A stretch of DNA of 64,000 nt. It comes from Flaccisagitta enflata (lineage: Eukaryota). The DNA is taken from assembly GCA_965153355.1 (NCBI GenBank), contig OZ231126.1:39184001-39248000 (forward strand). The letters are read 5' to 3'. A program made the translations under genes and the position numbers. Positions within the stretch are counted from its first letter, which is position 1. Every line of letters begins with the position of its first letter. The notes beneath the pieces are model-generated. The model saw nothing but the letters and a program-made list of their open reading frames with translations, did no database searches and had not been told where the DNA came from. Positions 10,150-18,956 of the stretch are shown here, piece by piece.

Positions 10150-13100
10150 CACAAAAACGCAGACTTGCAAATTTTCAATTGGAATCCATTCACTCATCGT
10201 ACAAAACTAACGTCGGACAAGCCCTAGTGGCTAAACTATGGAGCAGCGACAATGACATTCCACCAGCAAAACGTGATTTGACTAAATTCAACCATCTCGA
10301 CGGCATTAAATTCGACGACGAGGACGTGGAGGTCGGTATGATCATCAGTGTTGCGCACGCCGATACATGGACTCAAGGACCGTTTATTCGCGGCCCAAAA
10401 AAATCCCCCACCGCAATGTGGACGGAGTGGGGATACACGATCTTTGGAGTCGGCTGCCAACGCGACCATCGCGACGTTTCCGTGAACCTCCTCGCCGTTG
10501 ACGACACCAACGTTAAATACGACTACGAACGCATCTTTTATCACGACTTCCCCCAAGTGACGGCTAAAGAAATGGGAGACTCCCACGCGAATCGCAAAGC
10601 AATTCTAATGTTACAAGAAGGCATTCGATTCGACGAAGATAAACAGAAATACGTGTCGGTCCTACCGTGGTTGAAGAATAGAGAAGAAGCGGCAGCCATC
10701 CTCAACGTTCTCGATTCCGAAGGAATGGCGAAGCGCAGACTAATCTCAATGATGCCACGATTTGAACACGACCCTGTCTTTAAAGAAAGAGTCTTCTCGG
10801 AAATGGACAAATTCTTCACGAAAGGATACGCTACTCCCATCCCAAACAGCGAAATGGACCCCAGCATCCCAAGATGGTATCTTCCCATGCATCCTGTGGA
10901 TAAGCATGGGAAGATTAGAATGTGCCATGACGCCAGAGCAAACGTCAACGGAATATGCCTCAATGACCTTCTCCTCGGCGGCCCTAACATCATCAATCCG
11001 CTCGTCGATATACTTGTCAAATTTCGGGAGAACCCCATCGCCTTCATGACCGATATTTGTGGTTTTTTCCACAACGTCCTCGTCGACGAGAAGGATCGCG
11101 AAGTCTTCCGCTACTTATGGTTCGCCGACACCAAGATGGCGGAAGTGTGGAGATACCAATTTTTCTCCCACATCTTCGGCGCCGGATCGTCATCCATCGT
11201 GACCGGATTCGTCCTCCGCTATCACGCTGACAAGATTAGGCCCAAATTCCCCGACAACGTCTATCAAACGATCAGAAATAAATTTTATGTCGATGATGGC
11301 GCCGGCGGTGGACGAACAGTTGCATCTGCACTGGAACTGAAGCAGAATCTGAAGGAGGCGATGCGTCTTGGCGGTTTCCAGCTCGAAAAATGGCAGTCAA
11401 ACGCCCCCGAGCTCGTGGACGGCGAGGAAGGACACGCAATAAAAGCCATCTCAGATTCTGCCGAAGAGAACGTCACAAAGGTATTGGGCGTCTCGTGGGA
11501 CTCGAAAAACGACAACTTCGTCTTCCAATTTGACAAAGAGAAGATCAACAAAGCCGTCAATACCCCTCATCAACTTGTGTCAGTTCAAGCGTCAATATAC
11601 GACCCCCTCGGCTTCCTCTCTCCGTTCTGCCTCCTGGGCCGCAAACTGCTACAACAAGCGACTTCCGGTTCACCTGGATGGGATTCTAAACTCAAACCTG
11701 TCGTCAAGGAGGAATTCGCCGCATGGGCGAGATCCATCATCCTCCTCATCAACATCACGATCCCCAGATGCTTCACAAAGGCAGACCTCGGCGACCCGAT
11801 TGTAATCGAATGCCACATTTTCGTGGATGCAGCACCCGGAGGATTTGGCGCCGTCGTGTACAGACTGGAGAGATATTCCAACGGCGAAGTTTTCATCACC
11901 ATCGTCACATCAAGAAGCCACGTCGTCCCCTTGAATTCAGCAAAAGCATCTCACCACAATTCCATCCCGCGCCTCGAATTAGTTGCAGCAGAAAAGGGCG
12001 TGCAGCTGCACAATTTCGTCAACAGCGCCGTGGAGATCCCATTTCAAAGGACAGTGATGTGGTCAGACAGTGAAGTGGTGTTGAAACAAATCTTTGACGA
12101 AGCAAAAGTTCACGGACCTTTCATCAACAATCGCCTATCAAAAATCTACGCAGTTACAAAGCCGGACGATTGGAGATACGTCGAAGGCCCGAGGAATCCG
12201 GCTGATCACTGTTCAAGAGGAATACGCGCGGATGAGTCCGAAAAATGGGCAACATTCCATCGCGGACCCGACTTCCTCTATCAAGACGAAAGCCAATGGC
12301 CGGTCACAACTGTACCTCGACACAAAAAGCCGACGACAATGGTCCTCGCCACGCATGTAATCCCAACTCCACCGGAAGTTCCTCTAGATGGATGCGGATA
12401 CGCCAAACTGGTCGTCGACATCGACGGCTGGTATAAAAAAGTCATGAGAGTAGCATCTCTACGGAAAATCATCGCCTTCTGGAGGAAGTATCGTCGTGGT
12501 CAAGCCCAACAACCAAATCAATGGACGGCCACGTCAACTGGAAACCTGCGTATCACCATCGCAAAAAAGAAGCCCAAACAGCCCGTCAACTTAACCATCT
12601 CAATACTCGAGTTTCGAGAAGCGGAGAACCTAATTTTCGCCGCGACTCAGAAGGTCAATTTCCCAAAGGAATGGCAGAATTTGGTGGACCGCGACATCTT
12701 TCATCCCAATTCGAACAAGGAAATGACAATGAAAAACTCCCCCCTCATCACTCACAACCCCTTCGTCGACGAGTGCGGCATCATCCGCGTCGGCAGCCGA
12801 TTGGTCAACTCTACAATTAAAGAGGAAGCAAAATTCCCAATCATCCTCCCACGCAAAGATGAAAACGTGCGCGCGTATATTCGCTTCATCCATGATTATG
12901 AACTCCATGCGGGCGCAAAACACGTCCTCAACTCATCGCGTCAACGCGTTTGGATCATCCATGGGCTACAGGAAGTGACTTCCGTCATCCGAAAATGCAT
13001 CTCATGCCAAAAAGCGTTCAAAAAGCCAATGACGCAAAAAATGGCAACGCTCCCATCCTTCCGCGTGAACCCCCTTCCTCCATACGAGTATACAGGACTT

Positions 13101-14024
13101 GATCTCTTCGGCCCAATCGGCGTAAAAATCAATAAAAGAGCGTCGTGGAAAGTATGGGTGGTGGTGTTCACCTGTATGTCAACGCGATCGGTCCACGCAG
13201 AGATCGTCATGAAACAGGACGCGAGTTCTCTCATCTTGGCAATCTGCAGATTCGCAGCGCGGAACCCCAATGTCCGCCATTTCATTTCTGATCGCGGATC
13301 TAACATGACGGCAGCGGACAAAATCCTCAAACAACAACTCGCTAATTACAACGAATCTGCGGCTCAACAACTGAAAAGAAAAGGCATCCAATGGGACTTT
13401 ATTCCCACGGCTACTCCCCATTACGGCGGCGTCTGGGAGAGGGTCGTCGGACTCTTCAAAAAGCATATAAAAGCCATGGCAATCGGCGAGTCAATTCACT
13501 ACGACGTCTTCCAAACAGCCATCGTCGAAATTGAAGCGGCTTTGAACCGCCGCCCCCTAACGGCGGTACCAGCAGAATCCAACAGCTGCGAAGCCATCAC
13601 GCCTCTTTCAATTCTTAACCCGACTGCGCGATCTCACTCCGACGTCGTCGTCATTCCTGACGCATCATCAACGGAAGTCGACCGTCTCAAATCCGCGTGG
13701 ACTAATGCCCAGGCTCTAGTCAATCGTTTCTGGAACGCCTGGAAGAGAGACTACATATCGCTTCTCCATGGACGAGAAAAATGGCAACGATCCTCAAAAA
13801 ATCTCGAAATCGACGACCTCGTCCTACTGGTGGACGAAAAAGTATCGCGCGGACATTGGAAACTTGGTCGCGTGGTAAAAGTGGAAATGGACAACGGTCA
13901 TGTCAGAAAGGCATACCTGAGAACAGCCGACAAGAAAGTGGTTCTACGAGATAGGACAAAGCTCGTGCACTTGGAGATGGACCAAGAAGAGGATTCGGAC
14001 CAACAGCTCATCTCTGTGGCATGA
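10146..14024 (+). CDS. pol: BEL/Pao Pol: protease C-terminus, reverse transcriptase, RNase H, integrase
   Basis: RT motifs WYLPMHPV, LNDLLLGGP and FYVDDG; RNase H motifs HIFVDAA and SIPRLEL; integrase HHCC (H...HAG...CISC), GLDLFGP, SDRGSN and GGVWERVV; C-terminal FWNAWKRDYI...WKLGRV. Confidence 0.96.
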   Translation: MTQKRRLANFQLESIHSSYKTNVGQALVAKLWSSDNDIPPAKRDLTKFNHLDGIKFDDEDVEVGMIISVAHADTWTQGPFIRGPKKSPTAMWTEWGYTIFGVGCQRDHRDVSVNLLAVDDTNVKYDYERIFYHDFPQVTAKEMGDSHANRKAILMLQEGIRFDEDKQKYVSVLPWLKNREEAAAILNVLDSEGMAKRRLISMMPRFEHDPVFKERVFSEMDKFFTKGYATPIPNSEMDPSIPRWYLPMHPVDKHGKIRMCHDARANVNGICLNDLLLGGPNIINPLVDILVKFRENPIAFMTDICGFFHNVLVDEKDREVFRYLWFADTKMAEVWRYQFFSHIFGAGSSSIVTGFVLRYHADKIRPKFPDNVYQTIRNKFYVDDGAGGGRTVASALELKQNLKEAMRLGGFQLEKWQSNAPELVDGEEGHAIKAISDSAEENVTKVLGVSWDSKNDNFVFQFDKEKINKAVNTPHQLVSVQASIYDPLGFLSPFCLLGRKLLQQATSGSPGWDSKLKPVVKEEFAAWARSIILLINITIPRCFTKADLGDPIVIECHIFVDAAPGGFGAVVYRLERYSNGEVFITIVTSRSHVVPLNSAKASHHNSIPRLELVAAEKGVQLHNFVNSAVEIPFQRTVMWSDSEVVLKQIFDEAKVHGPFINNRLSKIYAVTKPDDWRYVEGPRNPADHCSRGIRADESEKWATFHRGPDFLYQDESQWPVTTVPRHKKPTTMVLATHVIPTPPEVPLDGCGYAKLVVDIDGWYKKVMRVASLRKIIAFWRKYRRGQAQQPNQWTATSTGNLRITIAKKKPKQPVNLTISILEFREAENLIFAATQKVNFPKEWQNLVDRDIFHPNSNKEMTMKNSPLITHNPFVDECGIIRVGSRLVNSTIKEEAKFPIILPRKDENVRAYIRFIHDYELHAGAKHVLNSSRQRVWIIHGLQEVTSVIRKCISCQKAFKKPMTQKMATLPSFRVNPLPPYEYTGLDLFGPIGVKINKRASWKVWVVVFTCMSTRSVHAEIVMKQDASSLILAICRFAARNPNVRHFISDRGSNMTAADKILKQQLANYNESAAQQLKRKGIQWDFIPTATPHYGGVWERVVGLFKKHIKAMAIGESIHYDVFQTAIVEIEAALNRRPLTAVPAESNSCEAITPLSILNPTARSHSDVVVIPDASSTEVDRLKSAWTNAQALVNRFWNAWKRDYISLLHGREKWQRSSKNLEIDDLVLLVDEKVSRGHWKLGRVVKVEMDNGHVRKAYLRTADKKVVLRDRTKLVHLEMDQEEDSDQQLISVA

Positions 14025-14498
14025 GCAGAAAAAATATCAAAAATTCCCGGGCAATCGTCTGGGACTAATTGGTATTGCTATGATCATCATATCATCTTCT
14101 TGATCCGTTATTTTCTCTCTTAATCGCTTATATTTCTTATTTTCCCCGCCTAAAAGCTAAACTCGAGAAATATCAGGATTCCCGGGCAGTTGTCTGGGGC
14201 TATTGATGTTACTACTCTCTCTATTTTTGTTTTCTCTTTATCATCGTTCATAATATTAACAATCACTCCATTCTTGCTATTACCTTTCTTCACTTCTTCA
14301 CATCTCATGACCGGCTTCTTCCTCATCCTCGACCTCTCTACATCATCATCATCTGATCTACACATGCATATGATTATTATCTTCATATGATTCCTTGCTT
14401 GCTTCTCATCTTTAAAATTCATCCCAATCACGTCGTTACATTATACATGAACTCATGCGTTCCTCCCCATTCTTAGATCAAGAGAAAGATAATACGAA

Positions 14499-16871
14499 AT
14501 GGCGAATTTAAGCGAGACGAGCGGGCGTGGAATCGCCAAGCTGGGGACGGAAGCCGGATCACCGGCGGAAACTCCCGGCGCCGGCGAAGAAACGCCCTCC
14601 TCCTCCTCATCATTCTCATCATCAACCCCCCTTCCTCCCGGCGCGAAGAAAAAGCGCCCCCACGTCGACGCCGCCGTAGATCAAAATGCGGAAGATCTCA
14701 TCGGTCCTCTCGACTACGACGACACCGACGACCAATCTCACCACCATCCCGAGTCCATGGACACATCGGAAGCTGAGGGCACGTTTAACTCCGCCCTCCT
14801 CAACCTCTCCTCATCTCTTCCTCCTCCCTCATTCCGATGCCAGTGCGTCCCCACCTCCCTCCCCGATGACGTCAACCATGAACCCAACGTGAAATATCCC
14901 GAGAACATTCACGAACAAATTTTTCAGACTAAAACCGGCACCCCTTACTGGATCAAGCCAGGCAGGGGCATCGTTAATCACGAGGACCTCACCGTCAACC
15001 CTCCCCGCCCAGCCTTCGTTTCCTTCTCCGCCGGCGTCCAAGTCCAGATTGACGACAACGAGTGTCTGGCAAAAATCCATGCGATTGAAAACGGATCGAA
15101 GAAGGAAAAGAAAAAGTTAGCCAGAGCAGCCGCCAAAGCTAGCAGTGCGGACCCCGGAACATCGGGGGAAGCTGCTGCTGCAGAGGCGACTGCCGCGGCG
15201 CATCCCCTCCTCCCATCTTCTCGCGATGCCGCTCCTCCTCCTCCTCCTCCGCCTCCTCCTCCCGCAACTCCCGATGACGGCCTTCGGCTTCCCAACACCT
15301 CACCATACCACCACTCCATCTTCATCCCCTCCTCACTTAAGATGGACAACACGGGCCGCCTCTCTCTCGCCGCCACCATTCCTCTTCTTCCTCCTCTTCC
15401 CCAACCAGAAAACAGAGCCGACGTCAAGAGAGACTTCATCGCGTCTAAGAATCTTCTCGACCACAATAAAATATTACTAGAGCAGAAAGAGGAACAATGG
15501 ATGAAACTCGGTGGCCTGGATCCCGCCCAAAAACGATTCCTCGCGGCGGGCCAGGCCCATCACGATATTTGGACGGACATTTTTACAAAATCGTTTAAAG
15601 AACGTTTCAGCCAATGTCGTCCTGCCTCTCAAATTAACCCCGCCGATCCTCCCCTCGAGAAGTCACGCTGCTTCTTTAGGAAGTATCTCGCGGGAATCAA
15701 CGAAGATCCCAACCTAATTGAAGTATTCAATCCCATCGCACCAGCGCAGACCACGCCTCCTCCTCCTCCTCCTCCTCCTCCTTCACCTCCTCGCCATCAA
15801 TCTTCCTCGGCTCGTATTCATCCTCCTCCTCCTCCTCAGCCACGCACATCATCCTCCACTCCAGCCCGTCCACGTCCACCACCACTAATGGGCCCACCAT
15901 CTCATCCTCCTCGCCAGCAACAACAGCAGTCAAAGGACGCGAAGGGCAATGCCGGATCATCGGCGGCGCCTATACGTCCCGCGACAGCCTCCACATCACC
16001 TCGTCAACATCCTCAACATCCTCCTCAACATCCTCCATCCAGCGTCGTCAACATACCACCTCCACAGAAACGCGCAAGAAGCCCCATCCGCCACCCCGAC
16101 CAAAGACGTCCATCATCACCATCTCCAGCACGACGTCAATCTCACACACCATCACTGCATCGTCCACCCACCACTTCGTCATCTTCATCATCTTCACGGC
16201 CTCGTCAATCCCCCGGCCCTTCCTCTTCTGATAGGCCAGCAGGCCCCGGCCGTCGGTCGGGGTCGTCCTCTGGCCCGTCAAGGGAGAGGGAGGAAAAGGA
16301 GAAAGAAGAGGAAAAGAAGAAAATCGACGAGGTTTTCAAGCGCCTCGCCCTTCTCGAGCTTGAAAATCAGGAATTGAAGCAGACTGTGACGTCGTTGAGA
16401 AAAGACGCGACGGCACAAAAACAACAACAAAAAAGACAAGAACAACAACAACAAAGGGACTTCAACCTGCAACAACAACAACTACAACAACATCGATCCG
16501 ACATTAACATCGTCGCTCATCGCACCCTCCAAACCACGGCGGCGGTCGGTAACGTGGGACTCGTCGTCGAATCGGCACGACGCCCTATATCGGAGATGTG
16601 GCAACGCCATCAACAACAGACGTCGCCATCTCCATCCCGCCATTCTTCCCACGATCGCCCGATGAAATTACCGGCGATAGACTTTACGTCATCTCCTTCC
16701 AACGACGAGATGGATTTCGCCTCCGAAGAGACGATTGACGATTGGGCGGCGGCCGCAAGTAATTCGCAGCCAGCCGACAACGACGACGTCTACACCCTCA
16801 GCCCGGCGCCAAAAGGAGGAACCTATCGTGGAGGCGCCACCGCTTCCGGAAGGAAATCTCGTCCTCACTAG
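14499..16871 (+). CDS. Accessory ORF3 of the BEL element (790 aa; Pro/Ser/Gln-rich with C-terminal coiled coil; function unknown)
   Basis: Uninterrupted 790-codon ORF between pol and the 3' LTR, starting GAAATGG; preceded by a polypyrimidine-TAG acceptor at 14475-14476; no signal peptide or TM segment visible. Confidence 0.85.
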   Translation: MANLSETSGRGIAKLGTEAGSPAETPGAGEETPSSSSSFSSSTPLPPGAKKKRPHVDAAVDQNAEDLIGPLDYDDTDDQSHHHPESMDTSEAEGTFNSALLNLSSSLPPPSFRCQCVPTSLPDDVNHEPNVKYPENIHEQIFQTKTGTPYWIKPGRGIVNHEDLTVNPPRPAFVSFSAGVQVQIDDNECLAKIHAIENGSKKEKKKLARAAAKASSADPGTSGEAAAAEATAAAHPLLPSSRDAAPPPPPPPPPPATPDDGLRLPNTSPYHHSIFIPSSLKMDNTGRLSLAATIPLLPPLPQPENRADVKRDFIASKNLLDHNKILLEQKEEQWMKLGGLDPAQKRFLAAGQAHHDIWTDIFTKSFKERFSQCRPASQINPADPPLEKSRCFFRKYLAGINEDPNLIEVFNPIAPAQTTPPPPPPPPPSPPRHQSSSARIHPPPPPQPRTSSSTPARPRPPPLMGPPSHPPRQQQQQSKDAKGNAGSSAAPIRPATASTSPRQHPQHPPQHPPSSVVNIPPPQKRARSPIRHPDQRRPSSPSPARRQSHTPSLHRPPTTSSSSSSSRPRQSPGPSSSDRPAGPGRRSGSSSGPSREREEKEKEEEKKKIDEVFKRLALLELENQELKQTVTSLRKDATAQKQQQKRQEQQQQRDFNLQQQQLQQHRSDINIVAHRTLQTTAAVGNVGLVVESARRPISEMWQRHQQQTSPSPSRHSSHDRPMKLPAIDFTSSPSNDEMDFASEETIDDWAAAASNSQPADNDDVYTLSPAPKGGTYRGGATASGRKSRPH

Positions 16872-17324
16872 GAGGCGATCTCATCGGTGGAGACGTATAT
16901 CGGGTCGATGTCGTCAAGATCGTGGACGGACGCCGGATCACCGGCGGAAAACCCACGGTAAATGCGGCGACAAAACCCGACGCGTAGCTCCCACCATTAT
17001 CGTCCTCCTCTTCATCTCGATCCTCCTCGCTGCGAAGCCGAATTCAACGCCGGAGCATCGGCGTGAATCTCGGCAAAAGTAACGGCAAACCCATTTTCTC
17101 ATTATTCTCGTCCTCCTCCTCATCTTCTGTACATAGTTCTTGTTTGTCTATTCTGTCGTGTTTATTCTTTTCTGTTCATCGTGTTCCCCCTCCCCCCAGT
17201 CCACATCATATTAACTTTCCTCAAAATTTTTTTTTTACTCGCTTGCACAGTAGTCATGTTTTCCTCTAGTTTTCCCCCCCCTTCGAGAAATCAACTTATC
17301 TGTCATATTGACAGATCCTGGGGC

Positions 17325-18007
17325 TGTCATCAGTTGCGCCGTATTTTGTTATCCTCTTGTCCATCTACAGGAAATCTCGCAAATTTCGTTATTTCGGGTG
17401 TCGCTCCAGGACTCCTCTTCCTCATCATCCTCCTCCTCTCACGACTCCTCGACTTCTCTCCTCCTCATCCTCGACTTCTCTCTTCCAATGGACTCTTTTC
17501 TGGAGAGAACTTTATCAGGATTCTTCGTCTTCAATCAAGAATAAATGACTCATTTAAAGTTCGACTAAAGATCACGCAAAGATCATTTTTAGATTTAAAG
17601 ACTCATTGCCTCGCCATTGCTATGATATATTGTGCATATCCTTGTTTTAGATTTCTCTTTTTCCCCCAGTGCAAGCGAGAAAGCTTCCTCTGTATATCGT
17701 TTCTATAGGACATTAATGTGGTTATCTCGGACTTCTGCTGTCATTCCCCCCCTTCCGGAAATCATTCATCCCCGACTCCTCAGGTAGCGAGCCTTGTCAA
17801 TGATGTGGTCTGGCCCACTTTTCCTTTTTGGCTCATCCTAATATCCGCCCCCCCCTCTCCCTTTTCTCATTTATCATAGAACTTACAGATCCCTTCATTC
17901 TCCAATTCGCGTATTCGTTCTAGCGGGATTCTTAAGACGGAGTTACTCAGCGATCATCAGGGCATCTAGCTAGCTAGTGAACTGTTCATACGTCACGGAC
18001 TCGCACA
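17325..18007 (+). repeat. 3' LTR
   Basis: Near-identical to 6101-6783; followed by the TSD GTGAG. Confidence 0.97.
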
Positions 18008-18142
18008 GTGAGAGCCTTGATATTAGTCCCTTTGCATTTATCAAAGGGGGCAAAATAAACGCCAACTTTTGCTACGTGAAGCACCCAAGTTGAAGAGACA
18101 GCGTCTTAAAATGCGTAGACACCTTTCTGAATGAGTTCTTCT

Positions 18143-18365
18143 TAGTTGTGGACACGCAACTCTATAAGAGGCTTTGACCGTCTGTTGTTCCGTCCGTCGG
18201 TCCGTCCATTGGTCCGTCCGTTGGTCTGTGAGCTTGAGTTGAAAAGTGGGAAAACAAGTGTTTAAAAGTTTTTTGAGTATGTGTTTGGGGAGTGGGGTAT
18301 GGATTGGGGTTGGACGCCCCTGCCCACCCGTCTGCAACGATATTGTGACCCCGCTTCACTTGTTT
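18143..18365 (+). mobile_element. Helentron/DINE-1-like non-autonomous repeat family A (representative copy)
   Basis: Recurrent TTAGTTGYGGRCACGCAACTCTATAAGAGG, then (GTCC/GTCG)n microsatellite, then GCCCCTGCCCACCCGTC...TGACCCCGC. Related copies near 3523, 22810, 26080-26240(-), 26505-26680, 34310-34480(-), 37595-37790(-), 41055, 45230-45370(-), 45788-46005, 58262-58365(-) and 63890(-). The family assignment is inferred from architecture. Confidence 0.65.
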
Positions 18366-18956
18366 TGTTAAATACGCCATGTATGTACCTAACGTGCGTA
18401 GAGTTGATAGTTTCTTTTTTTCCACCCTTTCATTCTACTAGATGCCGGTGTGTTACCAAAACTCGAAACAATATTTGAGTCTCTTTCAGTTTTTGACTTG
18501 GAGGCCTACCATCTTTTCCTGACTTGGTTTTGGATATTTACGGCACCCCCACAAGTCCAGGAAATAGAATGGCATTAGGTGATTTGCGCCATAAAAATAG
18601 ATCTGTTTGAAACATGTTTACTTAGTAGAAAATCTTAGCCGCTTATACATTTAGGTTCTATCATCTACTGACTATGTAGTTCAAGTCTCCGTCTTGCATT
18701 GTCATGGCTGACGGCCCTGAATTTTGCATTTTACGTATGAGGGTATTTTTACTCCATTTTCCTAGATCTCAGCAAATTGCACTTTTGAGTTCATTTAGTA
18801 CTCTGAGGTTTATACCTTGTCCTCTATATGAATGTCCTGCCCTGAATCTAAACCAAGGGGATAAATTGGGTCTATCTACATTGATATTTGGTAAGAAACA
18901 AATGATTTCGGGCCTAAAATGATTCTATTTCCTGATATCATATAAATGATGGGACT

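Larger units (their letters stand above)
6101..18007 (+). mobile_element. Full-length BEL/Pao LTR retrotransposon (11.9 kb)
   Basis: Two 683-bp direct repeats bounded by TG...CA; 5-bp TSD GTGAG at 6096-6100 and 18008-18012; gag with three Zn knuckles; pol order PR-RT-RH-IN with Pao-type motifs. Confidence 0.97.

Noticed and set aside
14190-14390. Hydrophobic small ORF after pol, a possible FAST-like fusogen
   Set aside because: Starts at TTG, has no polybasic tail, and its hydrophobicity follows from the T/C-rich composition.
16735-17082. Overlapping ORF with a TM-like stretch at the end of ORF3
   Set aside because: No ATG start; the hydrophobic run derives from ATC/CTC repeats.
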